Origin: an uncultured Gammaproteobacteria bacterium
GTDB taxonomy: Bacteria; Patescibacteriota; Patescibacteriia; Magasanikbacterales; GWA2-37-8
DNA length: 64,000 nt
NCBI GenBank assembly: GCA_964536725.1
Contig: CAZHYJ010000006.1
Coordinates: forward strand, 482 to 64,481
Direction: 5' to 3'
A program made the position numbers and the translations under genes. Below are positions 1 to 10,546 of this stretch, one piece after another. Every line of letters starts with the position of its first letter. Position 1 is the first letter of the stretch. The notes beneath the pieces are model-generated. The model worked only from the letters and a program-made list of their open reading frames with translations. It made no database searches and had not been told where the DNA came from.

Positions 1-195
1 AAAGAAGGTAACCACCAGGCGCTCCACCGTCTTCAAGAGCGCCATTACCTCCCCAGTACTTTTGGTTGGTTGATCCGGGGTGAGACCAACCAACAGCTTC
101 CCCTCGTCGAAATAGTACGTCACCTTGATCTCATTCCACATGGAATGATTAGACGTATTCTTCAACGCTGGGAGCCAATCGATTGACTCCACCAT
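1..195 (-). CDS. hypothetical protein, 5' part (runs off window start)
   Basis: Manual translation MVESIDWLPALKNTSNHSMWNEIKVTYYFDEGKLLVG... is open to base 1; GGAGG SD upstream; TTGACA-17-TATTTT promoter with -35 at 247-252. Confidence 0.65.
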   Translation of the reverse strand, partial: MVESIDWLPALKNTSNHSMWNEIKVTYYFDEGKLLVGLTPDQPTKSTGEVMALLKTVERLVVTFF

Positions 196-253
196 CCAAC
201 AAAACCTCCAAAAGTAACTAGATAAAATAGCACAATAAGCGAAATCTGTCAAG

Positions 254-282
254 TTGACAAAAGGCCAAAAATATGGTAATAT
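254..282 (+). promoter_or_regulatory. sigma70-type promoter, back-to-back with a divergent -35
   Basis: TTGACA(254-259)-17 nt-TAATAT(277-282); TGTCAA at 247-252 is the divergent -35. Confidence 0.7.
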
Positions 283-322
283 ATGTTCATTAAATAAAAC
301 TTTATTTTTAATATCCAAACAT

Positions 323-2446
323 ATGGGAGGAGAAGCTCATAAATTTAATCCTGCAACTAAAGAAGAGTTCGATTTTCCCAAAGATCTAACTTCAGAATTA
401 AACGGAGAGAACACGGAGGCTATCAGCAAAATGAGTGGTCATAGAAAAAAGCAACAAGAAGGTGCACAAGAAGAAAGCCCACTAACACTTAAAGCTGGTG
501 CGTTTAAGGCCGCTCAAACAGAGGCAGCTGGATATGGTTTGATGATCGGAGATGAAGCCAAGAAACACAAAAAACAGATTGCCGAAGCTGAGGCAAGATT
601 AAAAAAAACAGAGGAAGACATGGATCATGTCGCGACCAATGAGGCAGCTAAATATTATACTAACCAAGAAGCACTCCAAAAACTAATGGAACAACCAGAA
701 AAAAAACTAGGGGCAGCTGCTACTAAGAACCGTGAAGATTCTATTAAAAAATATAACAGTGTATTAAGAACAATTGAAAAGAGCTTTAGTGACGCTGGCC
801 TAGACATACAATCTTACCGAATAAAAGTTGAAAAACCATTAAAAGATGCACGCGAAAACGTAGCCCGTGCTGCTGAAGTCGAAACGGTACAAGAAGAACA
901 ACCAAATCGGAAAGAAGCTTTTAGCAAACTTGCTAAAATGATATCTAAAACAAACATTGGTGGCAGAGGCGCCGCTGGGGATATTGACTCAGTCATAGAC
1001 CAAATCGATAAATTAAAGAAAATCGATCCTTCAATGACTGGTGAACAAATTTATGATACCCTCAAACAATATCAAGCAAGCATGGTAGATGAACTAAGAG
1101 AGATTGATGCTGCAGCCGAAGAAGAAAACAAGAGTTTCTTTGGTAAAATAAAAGGTTGGTTTAGCAAAGATTCTGCCACTCAAAAAGCGGCCAAATTCAA
1201 TAATTATTACGATTCTTTTGCCAGCAAACTAGAAGCTGTCGCCGAAGCCGCCGGATTACACACACCAAGTGCTGAAGAAAAAACAAAAAGAAAATCTGGG
1301 TCTGAAGCTGCATTACGTTTAAGACACCATTCTGTCGGTGGTGCTGATATTGCCACTCTTGGCGCAGGAGGCACTGGTATTGGTGGGGTAGAATCTGCCA
1401 TGACAAGTCGCTCTAGTATTGCAATGGGAGAACGCGGTCCTTCAGATTCAAAAAAGCAAGAATCTATCAGTTGGTCTGAAGAAACAGAGTACGGCCGCAC
1501 ACAAAGAGAAACAATTCTAGCTTTAGCTGACGCTGTAATAAAAGGAGATACAGACAGCATCGCACAACAAGTAGCTAGATTTAAAGAACTTGATCCTTCT
1601 AAAAGAAATGAGGACATCTACAATTCGATCAAGAATTATAGGAGCGTATTGGTACGCACAAATGACGAAGCACAAACCCTTGCCAAAGACGAAACAACAA
1701 CTCGCCGCTGGTGGCAAGTGGGCAAAGGTCCAGCCGCCAAAGCATCGGACTTGTCTGCTGAGCGCCTTGCAGCTTTTGATAAAAATTTAGAAAATATTGC
1801 GACACTTACCGGTCTACACGAACCAGACGCTGATGAAAAAGCAAGAAGTGCGTCCAGAGCCAAAGCTCATTTGGGTGGTGTTCGAAACATGAGCAACAGA
1901 AATTACGGCAGTAGTGTTGGTGGAATTGGTACTGGTAGTGATATTGGAGATGCTCTAAGGAATGGTTCCGAACTTGTAAAAAGAAATTTTCCTAACAGCA
2001 ACGAAGGTGCCAGGTTTGCAACACCTGAAAACAAAGATACTGAAGTTACACAAAAAGCATTTAAAAAAATTATTGATGGAACTACTATCGATTCAGATCG
2101 TAAAAAAGTTTTACAAGATGAAGATGGTAGTCTAATAAAAGCTCTAGCTAAAAATGGTTATAAAGGAGAAGAGCAAATTCTAAGAGACACTATTACTGAA
2201 GTTTCCAGCTCAATAGAAGACGAGCTTATCGGACAAGGTTTTAAAGAAAAGAACGGAACACTTGTTTATAGCAAATGGTTTGGTCGCAGTGCGGCCGAAT
2301 CGAGTGATGACTACAAAATGTGGGTTGCTCTAAAAGATTTACAAAACGATGTGTTCTCGACTAAAGCAGCAAAACGTAGCGGATTCATAAAATCAGCCGT
2401 CGGCAATTCGGACCGAGAAGCACAAACAAATTCTCGAGTTGGATAA
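323..2446 (+). CDS. large charged helical hypothetical protein with an internal domain duplication
   Basis: Long ORF; start moved to ATG323 (MGGEAHKF) because the TTG at 254 is the -35 box; no recognisable family. Confidence 0.85.
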   Translation: MGGEAHKFNPATKEEFDFPKDLTSELNGENTEAISKMSGHRKKQQEGAQEESPLTLKAGAFKAAQTEAAGYGLMIGDEAKKHKKQIAEAEARLKKTEEDMDHVATNEAAKYYTNQEALQKLMEQPEKKLGAAATKNREDSIKKYNSVLRTIEKSFSDAGLDIQSYRIKVEKPLKDARENVARAAEVETVQEEQPNRKEAFSKLAKMISKTNIGGRGAAGDIDSVIDQIDKLKKIDPSMTGEQIYDTLKQYQASMVDELREIDAAAEEENKSFFGKIKGWFSKDSATQKAAKFNNYYDSFASKLEAVAEAAGLHTPSAEEKTKRKSGSEAALRLRHHSVGGADIATLGAGGTGIGGVESAMTSRSSIAMGERGPSDSKKQESISWSEETEYGRTQRETILALADAVIKGDTDSIAQQVARFKELDPSKRNEDIYNSIKNYRSVLVRTNDEAQTLAKDETTTRRWWQVGKGPAAKASDLSAERLAAFDKNLENIATLTGLHEPDADEKARSASRAKAHLGGVRNMSNRNYGSSVGGIGTGSDIGDALRNGSELVKRNFPNSNEGARFATPENKDTEVTQKAFKKIIDGTTIDSDRKKVLQDEDGSLIKALAKNGYKGEEQILRDTITEVSSSIEDELIGQGFKEKNGTLVYSKWFGRSAAESSDDYKMWVALKDLQNDVFSTKAAKRSGFIKSAVGNSDREAQTNSRVG

Positions 2447-2456
2447 ACAAGTTTTT

Positions 2457-2487
2457 AAAAACTCCTTCACAATGTGAAGGAGTTTTT
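2457..2487. terminator. bidirectional intrinsic terminator
   Basis: AAAA-ACTCCTTCAC-AAT-GTGAAGGAGT-TTTT between convergent genes. Confidence 0.85.
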
Positions 2488-2495
2488 GTTTTGTT

Positions 2496-4289
2496 CTAAC
2501 TCTTTTTTTCAGCAATTTCTTTTTTCACTTTTTCAACAAATTCTTCCTTGGACATTTTTAACTGCTCTTCTTGCCCACGCACCCGCACCATCAAAGGTTC
2601 GCCCGCAATCTCTTTGTCACCCACCACAACAATGTATGGCACTTTTTGTTTAGCTGCTTTGCGTACTTTGTTGCTGATTGATTCATCACCTTCGTCTAGT
2701 TCTACTCGCACACCAGCAGCAAGTAGTTCGTCCATAAGGGCTTTTGCCCCCTCAACATGATTCTCTGAAACTGTCACCAATGCTACCTGTACTGGACACA
2801 TCCATACTGGAAAAGAACCAGCGTGATGCTCGATTAAAACTGATAAGAACCGCTCAATTGAACCCATGATAGCGGCGTGTAGCATCACAATTCTTTCCTT
2901 CTCACCTTTCTCATTAATACAATCCAAATCAAATCGTTCAGGCAAATTACGGTCTACCTGGATAGTCGCTACTTGCCATTCGCGACCAAGCGAATCCACT
3001 GCCATAAAATCTACTTTCGGACCATACATGGCCGCCTCGCCTTTGGCTTCAAACACTTCTACTCCACGCTCTTTAGCAAGTTCGCGCAATTGATTTTCTG
3101 TTTGTTCCCAAATTTCTTTAGTGCCCAAATATTTTTCAAAATGCTCCGGATCATGCATCGACAATCTAACCTTCAAAGCGCCAAACCCACTAGCCTTGTA
3201 AAATATCTCGATAATATCCCAAATTTTAAACATCTCTTCTTTAACCTGCGACTCTCTCACAAATACATGCGCATCGTCTTGGGTGATACAACGCACACGC
3301 GAAAGACCAGACAATTCACCAGATTGCTCATCGCGATATACCATGGTAGTTTCCGCATAACGTTGCGGCAACTCACGATAGCTGCGCGGGACATGACAAT
3401 AGATCTGAGTGTGGTGCGGACAGTTCATTGGCTTCATTGCAAACTCATGCCCCTCGCGCGTAGTGATATGAAATAGCTCTTCAGAAAACTTGTCCCAATG
3501 GCCACTTTTTTCATACAAAGCCTTCTTGGTAATATGTGGGATGGTAACTCGAGTGTAACCTCTCTCTTTACGCAACTGCCAAACAAAATCGTCTAAAGTA
3601 TTACGCAATAATGTGCCCTTAGGGGTCCACAAGGCCAATCCTGGGCCTACTAGCTCAGAAAAGGTAAATAAGTCCAGCTCCACCCCCAACTTGCGGTGGT
3701 CGCGTTTTTTGGCCTCTTCTATCTGTTTTAAGTAGGCGTCCAGTTCTTTTTCAGTCTCAAAACAGATACCATAGATCCTTGAAAGCATCGGATTCTTTTC
3801 GCTCCCACGCCAATATGCACCAGCTAGCTTTGTTAATTTAAACGAACCCACTTTGGCACTTGACTCGACGTGTGGACCACGACAGAGATCGACAAAATTT
3901 CCGGTTTCGTACACGGAAACATTTTCTACATTAGCACCCACATCCTGTAATTCTTCGGCGTTCATTTTAGTAGTCCCCTTCTCTTTTAGATCCTCAAGTA
4001 ACGACACTTTAAAATCTTGTTTTTTTTCGGAAAAATATTTTATCGCCTCATCAATATTCATCTCTTTCCGAACAAACGGAATATTTTTGTTCTTCAATTT
4101 GATTGCCATCTTTTCAATTTCCTTTAGATCATTTTCTCCAAAATCACCTGGAAATTTTATGTCGTAATAGAAACCATTTTCGACGATTGGCCCCACACCA
4201 AACTTGGCTTCCGGATACAATTCCTGCACCGCAGCCGCGACCAAATGCGCACAACTATGACGCATTGTTTCTAATTTTTCATCTTTCAT
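2496..4289 (-). CDS. thrS: threonine--tRNA ligase
   Basis: Motifs RHSCAH, DLCRGPH, KPMNCP, YRDEQSG, TQDDAH, YGPKVD. Confidence 0.98.
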   Translation of the reverse strand: MKDEKLETMRHSCAHLVAAAVQELYPEAKFGVGPIVENGFYYDIKFPGDFGENDLKEIEKMAIKLKNKNIPFVRKEMNIDEAIKYFSEKKQDFKVSLLEDLKEKGTTKMNAEELQDVGANVENVSVYETGNFVDLCRGPHVESSAKVGSFKLTKLAGAYWRGSEKNPMLSRIYGICFETEKELDAYLKQIEEAKKRDHRKLGVELDLFTFSELVGPGLALWTPKGTLLRNTLDDFVWQLRKERGYTRVTIPHITKKALYEKSGHWDKFSEELFHITTREGHEFAMKPMNCPHHTQIYCHVPRSYRELPQRYAETTMVYRDEQSGELSGLSRVRCITQDDAHVFVRESQVKEEMFKIWDIIEIFYKASGFGALKVRLSMHDPEHFEKYLGTKEIWEQTENQLRELAKERGVEVFEAKGEAAMYGPKVDFMAVDSLGREWQVATIQVDRNLPERFDLDCINEKGEKERIVMLHAAIMGSIERFLSVLIEHHAGSFPVWMCPVQVALVTVSENHVEGAKALMDELLAAGVRVELDEGDESISNKVRKAAKQKVPYIVVVGDKEIAGEPLMVRVRGQEEQLKMSKEEFVEKVKKEIAEKKS

Positions 4290-4344
4290 ACATTTAATAA
4301 ATTATATAATTGTACGTCTAATTTTTGATGTACAATTATTAAAT

Positions 4345-4545
4345 AAAAAACCCGATATCTAAATTAGATACCGGGGTCCTTGAATGTTTTATTATCAATC
4401 CGCCTTCGCTAAAGCTTCGGCGCGACAAGGATGGTTCCACCCGATTTTTCTCGGACTAACCGAGAACACTCTTTTAAACAGCTTAGCCTCGACTGAGTCG
4501 AGATACCACGTTGGTAAAATGGTTGGTAGCCATTTCAATTGCTTG
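4345..4545 (-). promoter_or_regulatory. Thr T-box riboswitch leader of thrS (antiterminator plus terminator)
   Basis: Minus strand AAAATCGGGTGGAACCATCC (4429-4448); antiterminator CGGG/CCCG and TCCTTG/CAAGGA; overlapping terminator CCCGGTATCT..AGATATCGGG-TTTTTT; ACC in a 5' hairpin loop (4525-4527). Confidence 0.85.
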
Positions 4546-4550
4546 ATTGT

Positions 4551-4579
4551 AGCTTATATCAATCGCTTAGATCTGTCAA
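4551..4579 (-). promoter_or_regulatory. promoter of the thrS leader
   Basis: TTGACA-17-TAAGCT. Confidence 0.6.
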
Positions 4580-4580
4580 A

Positions 4581-5723
4581 TTATTTTACACTCTTCACAA
4601 TCACTTTAATATGATTCGGCACTGTCGGTGCTTTTCTGATCCAGGAAGGCGAAAACTTTACATCTACTCCAGCAACATGGTCGATACCCAGAACATAGCG
4701 CTCAATTTCGTTCTTACTCTTACCAGCAAAACTACGCGGCAAAAGGGTCGAAGCGTCTGGATCAAGTGACACCAAGGCCTCTTGTCTAATCAATAACTCA
4801 GCCGTAGCACCGTTTAAATCATAACTTGCAATCGATGGCACAGGATCACCGCTAACAGACAAAACCTTCTCCGAGCCAATATTAATTTTCTTTGACATTT
4901 CACCGCTTACCAAATTTGTCAGCGCTAAACGATCATATCCAATCACCACCAACACACTATCACCGCTTACCGTAAAACCATCGATTTCCGCGCCCACCTC
5001 TTTATCAACCTTAATATTTTGTGATGTCACTACCGCTATTTTCCCCATCCCTTCCCACCCACCACTGTTTAAAGATTCAAGTGCTACTTTTTTTACTTTT
5101 TCCAAATAATCGGCTTTGGCACCAACTACATCACTTTCTAATAATATACCCACCGTACGCACACCACCAACCATTTTACTTTTACTCTCAGCATAAACCA
5201 CTCTTTGACGATCAGCATTTAAACCTGGAATAACAAATTGGCTTGGACCAATCTCACTCTCCGACCCTTCCTTATCAGCATATACTTTGGCAACAACTTC
5301 CCCGTTCGCCGGTACATTTACTCGATCAGAAAGACGAAACAAAACACCGTTTGAGTTTAACAAACGAGTAGTTTTAACAAGTGCCTGATCGGTGTTGCTT
5401 TTGTTGTAAATAACAACATCCCCTTCTGCTACACCTACCATTTTTTTTGAACCGGAAGGATAATATTTTTCTGATAAAGCAAAAATAGTTGTTGTCACCA
5501 ATCCTTTTATCTTTTCACCTCCGCCAAGAGCAGACACACCAACGTTCAGATTGATACTCTTGCTATCCTCTTTGGAAATAATAGTAACAGTCGCTTTTTT
5601 TGAAGTGATGAAAATAACCACCCCCAACAAAGCAACGGTGAGAATTAAAAAAGTAAATGCAATCGTACGGTAAAAACGTACTGATGGCTCTGGTAAACTT
5701 GTTTCAGTGTGGCGCACAATCAT
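4581..5723 (-). CDS. membrane-anchored protein of the CPR 'baseplate J/gp47-like' family
   Basis: N-terminal TM; GDVVIYN...LVKTTRL...FRL...VPA...VYAD...IGPSQFVIPGL pattern. Confidence 0.65.
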   Translation of the reverse strand: MIVRHTETSLPEPSVRFYRTIAFTFLILTVALLGVVIFITSKKATVTIISKEDSKSINLNVGVSALGGGEKIKGLVTTTIFALSEKYYPSGSKKMVGVAEGDVVIYNKSNTDQALVKTTRLLNSNGVLFRLSDRVNVPANGEVVAKVYADKEGSESEIGPSQFVIPGLNADRQRVVYAESKSKMVGGVRTVGILLESDVVGAKADYLEKVKKVALESLNSGGWEGMGKIAVVTSQNIKVDKEVGAEIDGFTVSGDSVLVVIGYDRLALTNLVSGEMSKKINIGSEKVLSVSGDPVPSIASYDLNGATAELLIRQEALVSLDPDASTLLPRSFAGKSKNEIERYVLGIDHVAGVDVKFSPSWIRKAPTVPNHIKVIVKSVK

Positions 5724-5754
5724 ATCAAATATTTAAAAGTATATATTTTGAAAA

Positions 5755-7479
5755 TTATTCTGTCACACGCAAAATTTCATCCACGGTAGTGATTTTGTCC
5801 AATGCCTTCAATAAACCGTCTTGCACCATAGTTACCATTCCGTTCTTTACCGCTAATTCTTGAATCGTATATTCTGAAACCTGCGCGCTCAAAATGACCG
5901 CCTCAATTTCTTTGCTCATAGTAAATATTTCATAGATACCAATACGTCCTTTATAGCCCAAACCACTACATTCTCTACAGCCTTTACCATGATAAAAATG
6001 TAAATTATTCAAATCAATATTCTGTTTTTCCGCCGGCGGTAATTCGGTTAGTATTTTTGTTACCCGCTCTTTTTTCTCTGCGTCCAATTCTATCTCCTCA
6101 ATACACTTCGGACAGATACGACGTACGAGACGTTGGCCAATAACTGCATTTAATGCTGGTGCCAATAAAAATGGTTTAACACCCATTGATAAAAACCTCG
6201 GAATTGCACCAGCTGCACCATTGGTATGGATGGTAGATAACATTAAGTGACCAGTCAAAGCCGCCTGAATGGCAATCTCAGCGGATTCCAAATCACGAAT
6301 TTCTCCAACCATACAAATATCCGGATCTTGACGCAAAATACTGCGCAAACCCTTGGCAAAAGTGTAGTCGCGGGTTGTGTCAACTTGACTCTGGTTAATT
6401 CCCTCCATTTTAATTTCTACCGGATCTTCCAATGTAATAATCTTCACTCCCGGCTTGTTTAAAGTACGTAAAATACCATACAAAGTAGTGGTTTTACCCG
6501 AGCCAGTCGGACCAGTAGTGATAATCATACCGTTCGGTCGTTCTACCTCTCGTTTCAAACGCTCATAGGCTTCACCACGCAAACCTAAATCGTCAAAAGT
6601 GACCCCTTTGCTTCCACTATGCAAAATACGCATTACCACACTCTCACCATATGTGGTGGGCAACGTTGAAACACGTACATCCAAGTTGCCTGATTCAAGA
6701 TGCAAAGTAACACGCCCGTCTTGCGGACGATCGTTAATGTTAATTTTCAACGCGGCCAACAATTTAATGCGTGAAACAAAACGCTTCCAATCTTCTTTTG
6801 GCAATGTCGCCACATCATGCAAAATACCGTCAATACGATAGCGCACCGCCACCCCTTTATCCTCCGCTTCCACATGAATATCCGAAGAATTAATTTTTAA
6901 AGCGGCTGCGACAAGCAATGTTAAAATATTAGTGATTGAAACATTTTTAAACTGCTCTTGAAGTGTTTGTAAATTATCAATTTCCGAACCAAATTTATTT
7001 AAATCTTCATCAGTAATGTTAATGTCTTTGCTTATCGGCTTCACTACCGGCAAATTAGCATACAACTTAAAAACTTTTTCTAAACTATGCTCTGAAATTA
7101 AATACGGGATAATTTTAGCATGGTGACGTTCGCCTAATTGATAAATAAAATCATCGTCTGCCGCAATCGGCTCCACCCCCGCCACTCTAATTTCTTCTGG
7201 AGTGTAATAAAAACAAATGATTTTTTTCTCCCGTGCTAAGGTTTCCGGGATAACTTTCAGAGCCTCAGCCGTAACTGGAAAAGCATTCAGATCAATATAT
7301 GGAATATTTACCACCTTTGCCTGCGCTTCAGCTTTATCTTCCAGTTCTTTTATCTTAATCTCGTCCATTTTATGAGAAAACTTAAACTGCGCCGAATTCA
7401 AATCAGCCGGCACGCTCTTACTCTTGGTAGGTGCTGGTTTTTTAATCAAGTCGTTAATTGATGGAAATCCGGAAGGCAT
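5755..7479 (-). CDS. pilB: type IV pilus assembly ATPase (PilB/GspE family)
   Basis: GPTGSGKTT, LRQDPD, GEIRD, GHLMLSTIH, CxxC..CxxC zinc motif; start set at MPSG (7479) to avoid overlap. Confidence 0.93.
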   Translation of the reverse strand: MPSGFPSINDLIKKPAPTKSKSVPADLNSAQFKFSHKMDEIKIKELEDKAEAQAKVVNIPYIDLNAFPVTAEALKVIPETLAREKKIICFYYTPEEIRVAGVEPIAADDDFIYQLGERHHAKIIPYLISEHSLEKVFKLYANLPVVKPISKDINITDEDLNKFGSEIDNLQTLQEQFKNVSITNILTLLVAAALKINSSDIHVEAEDKGVAVRYRIDGILHDVATLPKEDWKRFVSRIKLLAALKININDRPQDGRVTLHLESGNLDVRVSTLPTTYGESVVMRILHSGSKGVTFDDLGLRGEAYERLKREVERPNGMIITTGPTGSGKTTTLYGILRTLNKPGVKIITLEDPVEIKMEGINQSQVDTTRDYTFAKGLRSILRQDPDICMVGEIRDLESAEIAIQAALTGHLMLSTIHTNGAAGAIPRFLSMGVKPFLLAPALNAVIGQRLVRRICPKCIEEIELDAEKKERVTKILTELPPAEKQNIDLNNLHFYHGKGCRECSGLGYKGRIGIYEIFTMSKEIEAVILSAQVSEYTIQELAVKNGMVTMVQDGLLKALDKITTVDEILRVTE

Positions 7480-7481
7480 AA

Positions 7482-8456
7482 CTATTTTATATTTAACCAA
7501 TTTTTCAAGTGATGCGCAATACGACTGGCGATGCCTTCGTGGTGCATTTTCATAAACAAATATACCCAAGCAGAAGTCGTAAAGGCGCTAAACAAACCAC
7601 CAGCAAGCATACCAATAATAATAAACAAGGTGGTGGCTAAAATCAAGCCAATACTGACCAAAATATACCAACCACTAAAACCAGCCGCCAACCACATCGC
7701 TAACACTGGAATTAACACCGCCACTGAACTAACCGCCAAAACTGCAAACAGACCCAACGAAAGGACGACTAACAAAATACCTAGTTCAAGCGATACAACA
7801 ACATGCCGGCGGAACATTGCCCAACCCTGCTTAAAAGCCCGACCGAACCATACTCTTTCTAAAACAGCGTAACACGAGGCATAGATTGACACCGTCTCTA
7901 AAACAAGGATGAGTGCCAACGCAACCAAAAATGCTATTACAGCTAAAATGTTATAAATCCTGGAATTAATTACCAACGCCGCAATTAAAAAATTGGCAAA
8001 GCCTAATATTACCACTGTTTGTAAAAGTTTGTTCACCACCACCAAAGACAACATAGTCCAAAAACTTTTTACACCATCGTGCCAAGCTTTGCTAACTGGT
8101 AGACGTTTGCGGTCATAATACCATTCTGCTGCAACCGCAATCAAAGCGCCGCGCGATACTACAGAAATAAAAACCACCGCCGCGACAAAAATTGCTACTA
8201 GAATAAAAAACCACAGACTTAAAAAAGTAGCGGTAATACTATCGAAGTTTAGAGACGACAACATATTCACAGCCGTACCCAAACTAGGCGGCATTGAAAA
8301 ACCTTCCTCCACAAACAAGTTCATCTGACTGATGAAATCACCCAAACCCCACTGACCTAAAACCATGGAACAGAGACCCAACAACCACAATAATTTATTG
8401 TGCCAAACTAACTGCCAAGAATGAAGAAGTGCCTGACGATATGTTGGTTCGCGCAT
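7482..8456 (-). CDS. multi-pass membrane protein
   Basis: About 7-8 hydrophobic segments; start likely MREPTY. Confidence 0.8.
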   Translation of the reverse strand: MREPTYRQALLHSWQLVWHNKLLWLLGLCSMVLGQWGLGDFISQMNLFVEEGFSMPPSLGTAVNMLSSLNFDSITATFLSLWFFILVAIFVAAVVFISVVSRGALIAVAAEWYYDRKRLPVSKAWHDGVKSFWTMLSLVVVNKLLQTVVILGFANFLIAALVINSRIYNILAVIAFLVALALILVLETVSIYASCYAVLERVWFGRAFKQGWAMFRRHVVVSLELGILLVVLSLGLFAVLAVSSVAVLIPVLAMWLAAGFSGWYILVSIGLILATTLFIIIGMLAGGLFSAFTTSAWVYLFMKMHHEGIASRIAHHLKNWLNIK

Positions 8457-8567
8457 ATTAATAAGTTGCAAAAAATTTGGAAATTAATCCTGTTGAATTT
8501 AGTATACCATAAAATCAAATTTTTGCATAACAAAATCCCCCAGTTATGGGGGATTCGTAAAATTTCT

Positions 8568-10421
8568 CTAAACTTTCTTTTTCGCTTCTGGTCTCTCGCC
8601 CAAAATTTCTTTGATTTCATCCTGTTCAATGGTTTCTTTGACCATTAAAACCTCCACCATCTTGTCCATCTTATCGCGATTTTTCAAAAGAACTTCTTCG
8701 GCTTGTTTTCTGGCTTCCTCAATCAGTTTACTCACCTCTTGATCAATAGTTTCCGCTGTCTTATCACTGTAATCAACCTGCTCGTGAATCTCACGACCTA
8801 GGAAAACCATCTCTTCACGCTCACCAAAAGTACGCGCACCCAACTTTTCGCTCATACCATAACGCATTACCATATCACGAGCAACACGTGTGGCATTACG
8901 TAAATCTGATGATGGACCAGTAGAAATCTGATCATCACCATAGATCATTTTTTCAGCCACATAACCACCCATCATCATCGCCAACTCGTCTTTAAACTGA
9001 GAAAAAGTATGATAATGTTTGTCCTCACTCGGCATTTTCAAAGTATATCCACCGGCTGAACCACGAGAAATAATCGAAACTTTGCGCACCGGATCACTTC
9101 CTGGCAAAGCATGTCCGACCACAGCGTGACCCGCTTCGTGATAGGCGGTCATCTTCTTTTCTTGATCGCTAATCACTCGGCTTTTTCTTTCTGGGCCAAG
9201 TAAAACTTTTTCAATACTTTCCAACACTTCAACCTCATCCACAATTTTCTTACCACGACGCACTGCCAAAATCGCCGCTTCATTCAAAAGATTCGCCAAG
9301 TCTGCGCCCGAAAAACCAGGAGTGCGTTCCGCTAATTTTCGTAGTGAAACTTCTTGTGATAATGGTTTGCCTTTAGCATGAATTACCAAAATTTCTTCAC
9401 GGTCTTTAATGTCTGGCAAATCAATCAATACACGACGATCAAAACGTCCGGGACGAAGCAATGCTGGATCCAACACATCTGGGCGATTGGTAGCTGCCAT
9501 CACTATTACCCCCAAATTAGGCTCAAAACCGTCCATCTCTACCAATATTTGATTTAATGTCTGCTCGCGCTCATCATGCCCACCACCTAAACCAGTACCG
9601 CGACGACGACCGACAGCATCAATTTCATCGATAAATACAATGGCTGGAGCGGCTTTTTTTGCTTTGGTAAATAAATCACGCACCCGTGATGCACCGACGC
9701 CCACAAACATTTCCACAAACTCTGAACCACTCATGTGAAAAAACGGTACACCGGCTTCACCCGCTACCGCTTTGGCTAACAAAGTTTTACCTGTACCAGG
9801 TGAACCAGTGAGCAAAACACCTTTTGGAATCTTTGCACCCATGTCAGCAAATTTTTTCGGATCTTTTAGAAAATCTACAATTTCTTCCAACTCTTCTTTG
9901 GCCTCACGCGCGCCAGCCACATCTGCAAAAGTTTTTTTGTCTTTCGCGTCCGGCCCAACTTGGCGCGGATTACTCTGACCAAACCCCATCGCCTTGTTGT
10001 TTGCACCCTGCACACCCCGAGTCATGAAATACAAAAAGATGACGATGATGATGAGCGGGATTAGAGCCGGTAACAAATTCGCCGCCCAAAACTTTAATGA
10101 ACTCTGGTCTTTAATCTCTACTGCAAAACCTTTTCTCGCCTCATCCGTCACCCCATAATTTTTTATCACATTACCAAATGATTCGCCTGGTTCCTTTTTG
10201 ACTACCTGCTGTTTGGCATTGGCATCTTTCATCTCTACTGTTAAGACATCACCCTCTACCACCACCTTCTTTACCAAGCCAGCATTGATTTCTTCTACTA
10301 ATTTACCAATATCAACTTGGTCTGGTTTGGCTGCACCTTGACCTCGAGTCATACTCAAAACCCCGGCCACTAACAGTAAAACCAGGAAAACTGCGACAAA
10401 ATTCTTGAAAAAACTACGCAT
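8568..10421 (-). CDS. ftsH: ATP-dependent zinc metalloprotease FtsH
   Basis: Two TMs, [26 protein letters not shown]. Confidence 0.98.
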   Translation of the reverse strand: MRSFFKNFVAVFLVLLLVAGVLSMTRGQGAAKPDQVDIGKLVEEINAGLVKKVVVEGDVLTVEMKDANAKQQVVKKEPGESFGNVIKNYGVTDEARKGFAVEIKDQSSLKFWAANLLPALIPLIIIVIFLYFMTRGVQGANNKAMGFGQSNPRQVGPDAKDKKTFADVAGAREAKEELEEIVDFLKDPKKFADMGAKIPKGVLLTGSPGTGKTLLAKAVAGEAGVPFFHMSGSEFVEMFVGVGASRVRDLFTKAKKAAPAIVFIDEIDAVGRRRGTGLGGGHDEREQTLNQILVEMDGFEPNLGVIVMAATNRPDVLDPALLRPGRFDRRVLIDLPDIKDREEILVIHAKGKPLSQEVSLRKLAERTPGFSGADLANLLNEAAILAVRRGKKIVDEVEVLESIEKVLLGPERKSRVISDQEKKMTAYHEAGHAVVGHALPGSDPVRKVSIISRGSAGGYTLKMPSEDKHYHTFSQFKDELAMMMGGYVAEKMIYGDDQISTGPSSDLRNATRVARDMVMRYGMSEKLGARTFGEREEMVFLGREIHEQVDYSDKTAETIDQEVSKLIEEARKQAEEVLLKNRDKMDKMVEVLMVKETIEQDEIKEILGERPEAKKKV

Positions 10422-10497
10422 AAAAATTCGTTAATAATTTACAATATAGGTAATTTACAGGAAAACAGGACAAAAATCAAGGTGGTAAGCAGATTTA

Positions 10498-10525
10498 AAA
10501 TATCCCGACATTAGCCGGGATATTT
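10498..10525 (-). terminator. intrinsic terminator after rpsA
   Basis: AAATATCCCG..CGGGATATTT hairpin with flanking A/T runs. Confidence 0.7.
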
Positions 10526-10546
10526 CTTCTGTTTTCGAATTCTTGC

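Noticed and set aside
4384-4614. Short ORFs upstream of thrS
   Set aside because: The region is explained by the T-box leader on the opposite strand.
4581-5723. Prophage suggested by the baseplate-J-like protein
   Set aside because: No other phage genes; the protein is TM-anchored and lies in housekeeping context.
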